Below are positions 1 through 8,121 of a stretch of DNA of 40,910 nucleotides, piece after piece. Position 1 is the stretch's first letter, and each line of letters begins with the position of its first letter. The translations under genes were made by a program, and so were the position numbers. The stretch covers positions 1 to 40,910 of the forward strand of contig CANONE010000001.1 of assembly GCA_947567585.1 (NCBI GenBank). The letters are read 5' to 3'. The notes beneath the pieces were generated by a model, which had not been told where the DNA came from, ran no database searches, and worked only from the letters and a program-made list of their open reading frames with translations. This stretch comes from an uncultured Clostridia bacterium. Lineage in GTDB: Bacteria; Bacillota; Clostridia; Oscillospirales; Acutalibacteraceae.

Positions 1-200
1 GCCAGCGTCATAAATTTTTTCGCTGGTATTCTGCACCAAAACTGGTTTGCCAGAAGTCCGTTGAGACCATCTATCAAGTCGGACATCAGAATTCTGGAAA
101 TGCAGATGCGAAAGGCCGCGCTTGGTGCGCGATGCAGCTGTACAATTATGGCAAACCAGTTTTGGTGCAGAATACCAGCGAAAAAATTTATGACGCTGGC
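1..200. repeat. Perfect 52-bp inverted repeat (1-52 / 149-200)
   Basis: nt 1-52 are the exact reverse complement of nt 149-200. Confidence 0.95.
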
Positions 201-347
201 AAAGAAGGAAAATGCGTCAAGGCCAGCTGCAACTCCGGCCAGGCCCCTTCTGGCACGCTTCTAAAGCGGCCCGATTATGTCCATTTCTCCTATAGAAATC
301 TCAATACGGATTGGAATGTAAGCTTCAAAGTCATAGCTTCCATTTGA
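1..347 (+). CDS. Partial (5'-truncated) hypothetical protein
   Basis: Frame open from nt 3 to TGA 347 (...QKSVETIYQVGHQNSG...MQLYNYGKP...VIASI), followed by a terminator. The first 52 nt may be artefactual. Confidence 0.5.
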   Translation, partial: QRHKFFRWYSAPKLVCQKSVETIYQVGHQNSGNADAKGRAWCAMQLYNYGKPVLVQNTSEKIYDAGKEGKCVKASCNSGQAPSGTLLKRPDYVHFSYRNLNTDWNVSFKVIASI

Positions 348-356
348 TCACGCGTT

Positions 357-404
357 AAAAAGGCGCCGCGCAATGCCTGCCGGAAGGCTTTTGCGCGGCG
401 CTTT
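357..404 (+). terminator. Rho-independent terminator
   Basis: GCGCCGCGCAA...TTGCGCGGCGC stem with A-run before and TTT after, just 3' of stop 347. Confidence 0.7.
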
Positions 405-429
405 ATCATATAGTTTGCCTATTTCCCCC

Positions 430-458
430 TTGCCTTATCCCCCGGGATTTGCTATAAT
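430..458 (+). promoter_or_regulatory. Sigma-A promoter (extended -10)
   Basis: TTGCCT-17bp-TATAAT with TG at -15/-14; AGGAGG RBS before ATG 500. Confidence 0.75.
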
Positions 459-499
459 GTTACAAAGCATCCATCATTTATTCAATTAGGAGGAAAAAG

Positions 500-1642
500 A
501 TGAACAAGAAATTTTCTGCGCGGATAACCGCCGGCCTGCTGGCCCTGGTAATGGCGCTGGGGCTGGCCCTGCCCGCCAGCGCGGCGGACAAGCGTCTTGA
601 AGCCGCCTATACCGGCACGAAAATCGTCCTGGACGGGGACACCATCCTCCCCATGGACGCCACTGGCAGAATCGTGGAGCCTTTCGCGGTGGACGGCACC
701 ACCTATTTGCCCATCCGCGCCGTGGCCGACGCTCTGGGCTTAGGAGTGGACTGGGACCAGGCCACCAAAACCGTGAAGCTCAGTACCGGCAGGCCCAGCG
801 CCCCGCCGGATGGCTCCCAACTGGCGGCGGCGGAATTCTGCGCCTTTGGGGAAACCGTGTGTACCCTGTATTTTCCCAGCAACTGGGCGGACGCCGTCTA
901 TATGGAAAACGATATCGACAATGGCCGCATTACCTTTTATGACTATGCAAATTATGATGAGGAGGCTGGCTATGGCGGGCGGCTCTTCGCCCTTCGGCTG
1001 TTCACCAGCTATAGCGAATACGAGCATTTACCCAACCGCAAGTTTGTGCAGAAAATCATCCTAGACGGCGTTTCTTATGACCTAGTGTTAATTCGGCCCT
1101 CTGATGTGCAGTTTGACCCATCACCTGAAAAAGAGCAGAGCTATATGAGCAAATACCGGCAGATTGACGGTATTGTGGAGGACATGGTGTTCTCCAGCGC
1201 GGTACAATTCCCCCAGCCGGTGATAAAGACCATCACCGCCACTTATACCGGTACCAAGATCACTCTGGACGGCAAGGCAATCACGCCCAAGGACGCCAAT
1301 GGCAAGACTGTGGAGCCTTTCGCGGTAAAAGGGACCACCTATCTGCCCATCCGCGCCGTGGCCAACGCCCTGGGCCTGGAGGTAGGCTGGAACCAGGCCA
1401 CCAAAACCGTGACCTTGTCCTCCAAACCGGTCCAGTCCCCCGCCCCGGCCTCCACGCCAAAACCCCAGCCAGACCCCAAGCCCGATCCCGAACCGGCGCC
1501 AGAAGCCCGCACTGTCTATGTGACTCCCACCGGCAAGCGCTACCACTATGACGGCAGCTGCAATGGAGGCACCTATATTGCCTCCACCCTGGCTGAGGCC
1601 CTGAGCCGGGGACTGACCCCCTGCAACAAGTGCGTTTTGTGA
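500..1642 (+). CDS. Secreted protein with two copper-amine-oxidase N-terminal (stalk) domains, Pro-rich linker and C-terminal Ada-like Cys/His metal-binding domain
   Basis: Signal peptide ending ASA-A; two GTTYLPIRAVAxALGLxVxWxQATKTV repeats; PKPQPDPKPDPEP linker; VYVTPTGKRYH...C...GLTPCNKC. Confidence 0.85.
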   Translation: MNKKFSARITAGLLALVMALGLALPASAADKRLEAAYTGTKIVLDGDTILPMDATGRIVEPFAVDGTTYLPIRAVADALGLGVDWDQATKTVKLSTGRPSAPPDGSQLAAAEFCAFGETVCTLYFPSNWADAVYMENDIDNGRITFYDYANYDEEAGYGGRLFALRLFTSYSEYEHLPNRKFVQKIILDGVSYDLVLIRPSDVQFDPSPEKEQSYMSKYRQIDGIVEDMVFSSAVQFPQPVIKTITATYTGTKITLDGKAITPKDANGKTVEPFAVKGTTYLPIRAVANALGLEVGWNQATKTVTLSSKPVQSPAPASTPKPQPDPKPDPEPAPEARTVYVTPTGKRYHYDGSCNGGTYIASTLAEALSRGLTPCNKCVL

Positions 1643-2064
1643 TGATGCTGATTCGCTTGGCAGTTCCGGAAGACGCCGCCGCGCTGTTCCATCTCAACCA
1701 GCTTTTTAACGGGCCATCCAAAACGACTGTGGAGGCTGTGGCGGAATCCCTGGGTGGAAACGGGCAGGAAGTTGTCATGGTAGCGGAAATAGAAGGCGCG
1801 CTGGTAGGGTTCGCATGTGTGCAGATGAAGCGTTCCTTCTGCTATGAGCGGCCTTCCGCAGAGGTGACGGAGGTCTTTGTAAAAGAAGGTTTCCGGCGGC
1901 AAGGGGTGGCAAAGGCTATGCTGCAAGCGGCTCACGCCCATTGCAGGGAACGCTTGGGCGCGGAGGAATTCACCGTGCTGACGGGGCATGACAATTGGCC
2001 CGCCCAGGCGCTGTATAAACAGCTGGGCTATTCGCCGTCTGGAGAAATGCATTTCTCTATGTGA
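1642..2064 (+). CDS. GNAT family N-acetyltransferase
   Basis: VFVKEGFRRQGVAKAML acetyl-CoA motif and NWPAQALYKQLGY; ATG overlaps upstream TGA. Confidence 0.85.
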   Translation: MMLIRLAVPEDAAALFHLNQLFNGPSKTTVEAVAESLGGNGQEVVMVAEIEGALVGFACVQMKRSFCYERPSAEVTEVFVKEGFRRQGVAKAMLQAAHAHCRERLGAEEFTVLTGHDNWPAQALYKQLGYSPSGEMHFSM

Positions 2065-2126
2065 GTCAGTGAATAAGCCGCCCCATTGACGGTGCAAAAG
2101 CCCCCATCCTTTACTTTGGAGGTACT

Positions 2127-2603
2127 ATGAAGTTTGATATCAGACCCTTATCCCCCGCGGAGTACCCTTTGCTGGAAGACTTCCTCTACCAGGCCATTTT
2201 CGTGCCCGAGGGGCAAAAACCGCCGGAGCGGGAAATCCTCCGCAAGGCGGAGCTGCAAGTCTATATAAAGGACTTCGGCAAAAGCTCTCATGACCGGGCC
2301 CTTCTGGGACTGGCAGACGGCCGTCCCGCCGGGTTATGCTGGGTCCGGATCATGGAGGACTATGGCCATGTGGACGATCATACCCCGTCATTTGCCATCT
2401 CTCTGCTGCCGGAGTACCGTGGACGGGGCCTTGGTACCGCATTAATGGAAGCCATGCTGGCTCTGCTGCGGAAAAATGGGTATAAAAGGGCCTCGCTGGC
2501 GGTACAAAAACAGAATTACGCGGTGAGAATGTATCAAAAAGTGGGATTTCATATCATTGACGAAAATGAAGAGGAGTACATTATGGTCCATGACCTGACT
2601 TGA
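2127..2603 (+). CDS. GNAT family N-acetyltransferase
   Basis: SLLPEYRGRGLGTALM and NYAVRMYQKVGF motifs; GGAGGT RBS. Confidence 0.9.
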   Translation: MKFDIRPLSPAEYPLLEDFLYQAIFVPEGQKPPEREILRKAELQVYIKDFGKSSHDRALLGLADGRPAGLCWVRIMEDYGHVDDHTPSFAISLLPEYRGRGLGTALMEAMLALLRKNGYKRASLAVQKQNYAVRMYQKVGFHIIDENEEEYIMVHDLT

Positions 2604-2737
2604 CAGCCGGCAAAGCAGGCTTCTGCTTTCCCATTTTTCCGGCCAAGAGGCGCATAACTACGAAAAGGGGCTCTCTGTTTCACCGTGTATTTCAGCCCCG
2701 CCTCTCCACTAATTACAACCGGCGGGGATGCATGAAC

Positions 2738-2896
2738 TCAAAATGGGCGCGGCCCATAGACGAAGAATCCCCCGCCCTGGATAAAAAAGCATTTGCAGGC
2801 GGACCAAATACTCCCCGGGCAATAGCGGACCAGCGGTCCGCTGGCGGCGGAAGAGGGTTGGTTCCGCCTTTTTTGCGCGAAAAGCTTCTTTTTCAT
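2738..2896 (-). CDS. Possible 52-aa small protein or gene remnant
   Basis: AGGAGG 10 nt before ATG (MKKKLFAQ...GPRPF); TATAAT at 2970-2975 on the minus strand. Confidence 0.3.
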   Translation of the reverse strand: MKKKLFAQKRRNQPSSAASGPLVRYCPGSIWSACKCFFIQGGGFFVYGPRPF

Positions 2897-3012
2897 AACT
2901 TGCGAACCTCCTATACAGGCCATCCGGCAAACTTTGAAGCGCCGGACGCGCCGGGCTTTCATTGCTTGCATTATACCGCAAATTATGATAGGAAACTATT
3001 TGTTTTCCGCCA

Positions 3013-3924
3013 TTATCTATCACGATCCTGCCATATCCGCCGGTACGCAGAGGGCGTGCAGCGGGTGTATTCGCGAAAGAGCTTTCCAAAATAGCTGCCG
3101 CTTCCCAGCCCGCAGGCCAAAGCAATCTCTGTTAACGAGGCTTGACTTTTTACCAGCATCTGCGCGGCCATGTGCAGACGGAAGCTCTGGATGTACTCCA
3201 CCGGCGTGGTATGCAAAAGCGCGCGAAACACCCGGTAGCATTCCCGCTGGCTGAGAAAGGCTGAAGCCGCAAGCTCCGGTATGGAAATTTTCTCCGGGTA
3301 ATGCTCTTGAATATAGGCCATCATCTGCTTAATCTTGTCATTATTCCTCCGGTGGGGCAAATCTCCCGCCAGTAAAGGCTGGGCCTGCTGGAACAGCCGG
3401 AGCCAGATCTCCGTCAGCCTCTCCCGCAGCCGGAGCTCATAGCCAAGCATGCCGGCGTCCATACTGAACGCCTCCCGGATTAGGATTAGCGTTTTCTTTT
3501 GTTCCGGGTCCTCCGGGAAAAGCCCCAAGAGCTCCACCTGGGGCGAGGAAACCAGCGGCTCTATGTATTTGCGGTTGATCCGGCTTCCAGGCTCTCCAGC
3601 CAGCAGGGACGGCTCAAAAACGTGGAGCAGCTGGGTGCAGGCTCCCACCGGCGCCTCTGTCTTGGTGGTGTGCAGGATGTTGGAATTCACCATACCGCCG
3701 GAGCCTTCCGGGAAAAGCATCCGGCCCCCCGGCGTAGAATATACCAGCGCCCCCCGCTCCATATAGAACAGTTCCATGCTTTTGTGCCAGTGCCAGGGAG
3801 ACAGCCGTCCCGCATGGAGGTCCATCTGGGCCCGGGAAGCTATGTAAGGAAAATCCTCCGCAAAATCCGGCAGCAACTCCTCCCTGCTCCCCGAGCAGAG
3901 GATCGTACAGGTGATGTCTCGCAT
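3013..3924 (-). CDS. AraC family transcriptional regulator (cupin + HTH)
   Basis: PWHWHKSMEL cupin motif; C-terminal SLTEIALACGLGSGSYFGKLFREYTRCTPSAYR. Confidence 0.92.
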   Translation of the reverse strand: MRDITCTILCSGSREELLPDFAEDFPYIASRAQMDLHAGRLSPWHWHKSMELFYMERGALVYSTPGGRMLFPEGSGGMVNSNILHTTKTEAPVGACTQLLHVFEPSLLAGEPGSRINRKYIEPLVSSPQVELLGLFPEDPEQKKTLILIREAFSMDAGMLGYELRLRERLTEIWLRLFQQAQPLLAGDLPHRRNNDKIKQMMAYIQEHYPEKISIPELAASAFLSQRECYRVFRALLHTTPVEYIQSFRLHMAAQMLVKSQASLTEIALACGLGSGSYFGKLFREYTRCTPSAYRRIWQDRDR

Positions 3925-3948
3925 TTTCCTCCCCCTTTCTCCCTTGGT

Positions 3949-4377
3949 TCAATGGGCTTCCCGCTGGCTTCTCCTTCCTCGCAAATAGTCCTCCAGGATA
4001 ATCGCCGCCGCCACCGCGTCCACCACGGCTTTCCTCTTTTTCCCCCGGGTATTGGTTTCGTTCAAGTAGCCGTGGGCGGTAATGGTGGTGCCCCGTTCAT
4101 CCTGAAATTCCACCGGCAGCCCGGTCAGCCGGGCGACTTTCTCCCCCATTTCCCGGGCAAACCGCGCGCTCTCCCCCTCGGTGCCGTCCATATTCCGGGG
4201 CAGGCCCACTACTAGCCCTTGGGCGCCTGCCCCCTGGGCCGCTTCCGCGATTTGTCCCGCCAGCCGTTCGGGGTCCCGCTGGCAGAGCACCGCCAACGGC
4301 GAAGCCAGCAGCTCTCCCTTGTCGCAGACGGCAAGACCGGTACGGGTGCGGCCCAGGTCCACCGCAACCCAGATCAT
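3949..4377 (-). CDS. ruvX: Holliday junction resolvase-like / pre-16S rRNA nuclease RuvX (YqgF)
   Basis: AVDLGRTRTGLA, VVGLPRNMDG, DERGTT, VDAVAAAIILEDY. Confidence 0.95.
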   Translation of the reverse strand: MIWVAVDLGRTRTGLAVCDKGELLASPLAVLCQRDPERLAGQIAEAAQGAGAQGLVVGLPRNMDGTEGESARFAREMGEKVARLTGLPVEFQDERGTTITAHGYLNETNTRGKKRKAVVDAVAAAIILEDYLRGRRSQREAH

Positions 4378-5048
4378 ACCGGCTCCGCCCCCTTCGCCTG
4401 GTCAAAGCGGTAGTACACCTTTGGCTTCCGCATTTCTTCCGGCAGATGGGAGAGATCGTTGACGTACTCCCAACGGAGCCCCCCGTTCTCTGCGGCCAGC
4501 AGGCTCACGCTGGTGTTGCCGAAGACCTCGCTCTTTTGGATCCCGGCCAAATCGCCGTAGTTGACCCGGGCGAAAATGGTCCGCAGCGCGCCGCCATGGG
4601 TCGCTACGGCGATGGTTTTCCCGGGGTTCTCCTCCACCAGCCGGTCCAAGGCGGCGTTGACCCTCTCATACACCTGCGCCATGGTTTCCCCTGCGGGAAA
4701 CACGCACAGGTGGGGGGCCTCGTCCCAGCACCGGGCCACCTCCGGGTAGCGCTGCGCTACCTCGACTAAGCGCAGGTTCTCCATCTCGCCCACGTCAATC
4801 TCCAAAAATCCCGGGTCGTCGATTACATCCAAATGGTGATATTTTGCCACAGCCCCGGCGGTTTTCCAGGCGCGGAGCAGGGGGCTGGAATAGACCCGGT
4901 CCAGCGCTTCGTTGCGAAAGCGCAGAGCCAGCAGCTCCAGCTGTTTTGCCCCTTCGGGGCTGATATCCGCGTCAAAACGCCCTTGAAAGCGCCCATCCAG
5001 GTTGCCCATGGATTGGCAATGGCGCACTAGATAAATTTTTGTCACCAT
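4374..5048 (-). CDS. Histidine phosphatase (phosphoglycerate mutase) family protein
   Basis: YLVRHCQS, YSSPLLRA, EIDVG, ATHGGALR, FGNTSVS, NDLSHL. Confidence 0.9.
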   Translation of the reverse strand: MVTKIYLVRHCQSMGNLDGRFQGRFDADISPEGAKQLELLALRFRNEALDRVYSSPLLRAWKTAGAVAKYHHLDVIDDPGFLEIDVGEMENLRLVEVAQRYPEVARCWDEAPHLCVFPAGETMAQVYERVNAALDRLVEENPGKTIAVATHGGALRTIFARVNYGDLAGIQKSEVFGNTSVSLLAAENGGLRWEYVNDLSHLPEEMRKPKVYYRFDQAKGAEPV

Positions 5049-6550
5049 GGCCGTACGCCTCCCGTCAATTCAGATATGGTTCCTATACCGTTCTTCTCCA
5101 TGTATTCTTCCAGACCCCGGGCGATTTTCAAAGGCGCGTAAGGGTCGGTAAAGATGGCCGTGCCTACCTGGATGGCGCTGGCTCCAGCCAACAGCATCTC
5201 CACCGCGTCCTCCGGCGAGGAGATCCCCCCCAGCCCAATAATGGGAATCTTCACCTTTTGGGCCGTCTGCCATACCATGCGCAGGGCTACCGGCAGCACC
5301 GCGGGGCCGGAAAGCCCTCCGGTATTGTTGCGGATAATGGGCCGGCGGGTATGAATGTCAATACGCATCCCCGTCAGCGTGTTAATAAGAGAAACCGCGT
5401 CCGCCCCGGCGCTCTCGGCGGCCAGAGCCATTTCGCTGATATCGGTGACATTGGGAGAGAGCTTTACCACCAACGGCTTTTTGCAGACCTTCCGCACCGC
5501 CTTGGTAATGCCCTCCACGCCCCCGGCGGTCACGCCGAACTGCACGCCTCCCTCTTTTACATTGGGGCAGGAGATGTTCAGCTCCACCATGTCTACGGCG
5601 GCGCTGTTCAGCTTCTGCGCTGTCAGGCAGTAATCCTCTACCGTACTGCCCGCCAGATTGGCGATAATTCTTGTCCCCTGCTGGGAGAGCCAGGGCAAAT
5701 CCTTTTCAATGAAATGGTCCACCCCGGGATTTTGCAGGCCCACGGCGTTGAGCATGCCGCCGGGAGTCTCCGTAACTCTGGGGGGCGGGTTGCCGGGGCG
5801 CATATGAAGGGTTATACCTTTACAGCTAATACCCCCCAGCTCTGACAGCGGGTACATCTCTCCGTATTCCCGGCCAAAGCCAAAGGTACCCGAGGCGGCG
5901 ATGACCGGGTTGCGAAAATCCACCCCGGCTACACGCACCCGCAGCGGAGAGCGGATTTCCTCCACCCTGTCCCCTACCAGCACGCCTTCACCGTCGTCAA
6001 GCCGAATAACTTTACACCCCTTCTCATTCTCGTACTCCCGGCAGCGCTCCTCAAAGCGCTCGTACCGGGTGTGAAAGCGGCTATAGTGGGGGAGGATCTC
6101 TACGTCCGTCAATCCCAGCGCTTTCAGCCCGCCTAAGCCCACCGTATTCATTTCCGGGGAATACCGGTCAATCAGCCCCAAGCTGGGGCCCAGCACCAGG
6201 GCTCCGGCGCTGACCCCCGCCAGCAGACCCCGGGCAGCCGCCTGCCCAAGGGCTTCCCGGGCGCTATGCTTTTGTATCGAGTGTAGGAGATAATATGGGT
6301 TGCCGCCCATTAGCTCCACTACATCATACCGGGACAAAGCCTCAGGGGGCTGAAAGTCAAAATCAAAAATGTCTACCGCCAGCCCCAAGCTGCCCAGCTC
6401 TTCCTTTAAGCGCTCTACATGATAGTTCTTTTCCCGGTACTCCGGGTCCGCCGTTACAACCAAAGCGGCCCGGCCTCCCGGTTTTACATATTTGCCCGCC
6501 GCCCGCCGCAAGGCGGGGCTGCTTAGGCCGTTGGAACATAAAATGATCAT
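5042..6550 (-). CDS. pyrD: Peptidase S51 (PepE-like) domain fused in frame to dihydroorotate dehydrogenase B catalytic subunit
   Basis: N-terminal ~200 aa with GGNPYYL, GVSAGA, ILPHY; C-terminal ~300 aa with NPVIAASGTFG, NAVGLQNPG, NISCPN, KLSPN, GGLSG. Start taken at ATG 6550 (GAAAGGAG RBS). Confidence 0.9.
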   Translation of the reverse strand: MIILCSNGLSSPALRRAAGKYVKPGGRAALVVTADPEYREKNYHVERLKEELGSLGLAVDIFDFDFQPPEALSRYDVVELMGGNPYYLLHSIQKHSAREALGQAAARGLLAGVSAGALVLGPSLGLIDRYSPEMNTVGLGGLKALGLTDVEILPHYSRFHTRYERFEERCREYENEKGCKVIRLDDGEGVLVGDRVEEIRSPLRVRVAGVDFRNPVIAASGTFGFGREYGEMYPLSELGGISCKGITLHMRPGNPPPRVTETPGGMLNAVGLQNPGVDHFIEKDLPWLSQQGTRIIANLAGSTVEDYCLTAQKLNSAAVDMVELNISCPNVKEGGVQFGVTAGGVEGITKAVRKVCKKPLVVKLSPNVTDISEMALAAESAGADAVSLINTLTGMRIDIHTRRPIIRNNTGGLSGPAVLPVALRMVWQTAQKVKIPIIGLGGISSPEDAVEMLLAGASAIQVGTAIFTDPYAPLKIARGLEEYMEKNGIGTISELTGGVRPW

Positions 6551-6571
6551 AGCCTTGCTCCTTTCATTCAT

Positions 6572-7342
6572 TCACAGGGCATCCGGGGCCAGCCGGTTCA
6601 TGTGGATCACGGGGCCGTCTTTGCAGACATGGCCGTAGTATGCCTCCCCGTTTTCATCCAACAGCGCCACGGCGCAGCCCAGGCAAGCCCCCACCCCGCA
6701 GGCCATCCGCTGCTCTAAAGAAAGATAGCCCGCCGCGCCCCGCTGGGCGGCCAGCGCCTTTGCCGCCCGGAGCATCGGCCCGGGACCGCAGGCAAAGAGC
6801 ACTTCAAAATCTTCCTTTTGCGCCAGCTCCGTCACCAGCCCATGGTAGCCGTAGCTGCCGTCGTCGGTGGCAACCAGGACCTTGGCGCCCGCAGCCTTGA
6901 AATCGTTTTCCAGAATAACGGCGTCCCTGTTCCGGAAGCCCAGCACGGCTACCGCTTTCTCCCCCAGTTCCTTGGCCGCGCCCAGCAAAGGAGGTACGCC
7001 GATGCCGCCGCCCAGAAGCAGGGTTCTCTTGGTTTTGTCTATGGGGAAGCCGCTGCCCAGGGGAGCCAGAATCTCCACCCGCTCCCCTTCCTGGAAAGCC
7101 GCCAGCTCTGCCGTGCCCTGGCCCCGGACTTGGAAGACGAACCGCAGGCGGCCCTTTTCTCTGTCTATGCCGCATATGGAGATGGGCCGCCGCAGGCTGT
7201 GTCCCGGCAGGTAAATCTGGGCGAACTGCCCTGGCTGGGCCGATGCCGCCAGGGCCGGGCATTCCAGCCAAAAGTCGAAGATGCCGGGGGCAAGCTCCTT
7301 TTTCGCGGACAGGCCGCATGGAATGGAATCGTATTTTTTCAT
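6572..7342 (-). CDS. pyrK: Dihydroorotate dehydrogenase electron transfer subunit
   Basis: LRRPISI, GGGIGVPP, CGPGPM, MACGVGACLGC...VCKDGPV (2Fe-2S); next to pyrD. Confidence 0.95.
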   Translation of the reverse strand: MKKYDSIPCGLSAKKELAPGIFDFWLECPALAASAQPGQFAQIYLPGHSLRRPISICGIDREKGRLRFVFQVRGQGTAELAAFQEGERVEILAPLGSGFPIDKTKRTLLLGGGIGVPPLLGAAKELGEKAVAVLGFRNRDAVILENDFKAAGAKVLVATDDGSYGYHGLVTELAQKEDFEVLFACGPGPMLRAAKALAAQRGAAGYLSLEQRMACGVGACLGCAVALLDENGEAYYGHVCKDGPVIHMNRLAPDAL

Positions 7343-7362
7343 GGGTCCCTCCTTTGAGGACG

Positions 7363-7425
7363 AGGCCGCAGGGCGCCGCCCTACGACCGCAAACTTTTTG
7401 GGAAAAGGTTTGATGAAACAGTTTC
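7363..7425 (+). repeat. Double-hairpin intergenic repeat, copy A
   Basis: AGGCCGCAGGGC-GCC-GCCCT ... CAAACTTTTT-GGG-AAAAGGTTTG-ATGAAACAGTTT; same layout as copies B-D. Confidence 0.65.
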
Positions 7426-7452
7426 TATTTTGGGTCTATTTTATGCCGTACC

Positions 7453-8112
7453 TTATGTGGGCGCGGGCGTAGGCTTGTTGATGGTCCAGGCTAGGGTCCA
7501 GGGGTCTAAGGGTGGGAAGCCTTGGGTTAGGGCGGTCAGTTCGGTTTCGCATAGGGCCAAGGCGGACTGTATGTATTCCTCCGCCATTTCCCGGGAAAAC
7601 AGGGTGGTTTCTCCCTCTGCCTTTCTGTTAAAGTCCCCCTCTAATTCTGCCAGCAGCCCTTGGGCATTTAACCGGAACTGGCGGCATACCGCCGCGTCCT
7701 CTATGCCCGCGGGGAGCATGGCTAGGCAGGGCAGCCGGTACTTTTTAATGATAGTCCCGTTTAAAATGGAGTAGTCCTGGTAGAGCCTGTCCAATTGCTG
7801 GGGCATATAGCGGCGCAGGTCATACTTGCCATAGAGCAGCCGCCGGTATGCAATATCTTGCACCAAGTGGAGATAATACCCTAAATAAAGTCCTTCCTCC
7901 GCCAGCTTTTTTCCATACAGGCCGCGAAATTCCTCCAGGTCATAGGTTCTCTTGTCCCCTCGGGTAGAGACAAAATGGCTGGCCCTGGCGTTTTCGCGGG
8001 GTCTGGGGGCGTCCGGCAGCAGCGCGCCCAGTAAAAACGCCTGGGGATCTTTAAAGCGCCGTCTGGCCGTCAAGGCATGGGCAACGGCCAGGTGCATCAC
8101 ACGGGAAGCCAT
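7453..8112 (-). CDS. Zinc-dependent phospholipase C-like protein of unknown function
   Basis: MASRVMHLAVA...FLLGALLPD...SHF...LGYYLHLVQD metal-ligand pattern. Confidence 0.7.
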   Translation of the reverse strand: MASRVMHLAVAHALTARRRFKDPQAFLLGALLPDAPRPRENARASHFVSTRGDKRTYDLEEFRGLYGKKLAEEGLYLGYYLHLVQDIAYRRLLYGKYDLRRYMPQQLDRLYQDYSILNGTIIKKYRLPCLAMLPAGIEDAAVCRQFRLNAQGLLAELEGDFNRKAEGETTLFSREMAEEYIQSALALCETELTALTQGFPPLDPWTLAWTINKPTPAPT

Positions 8113-8121
8113 GCCGGCCCC

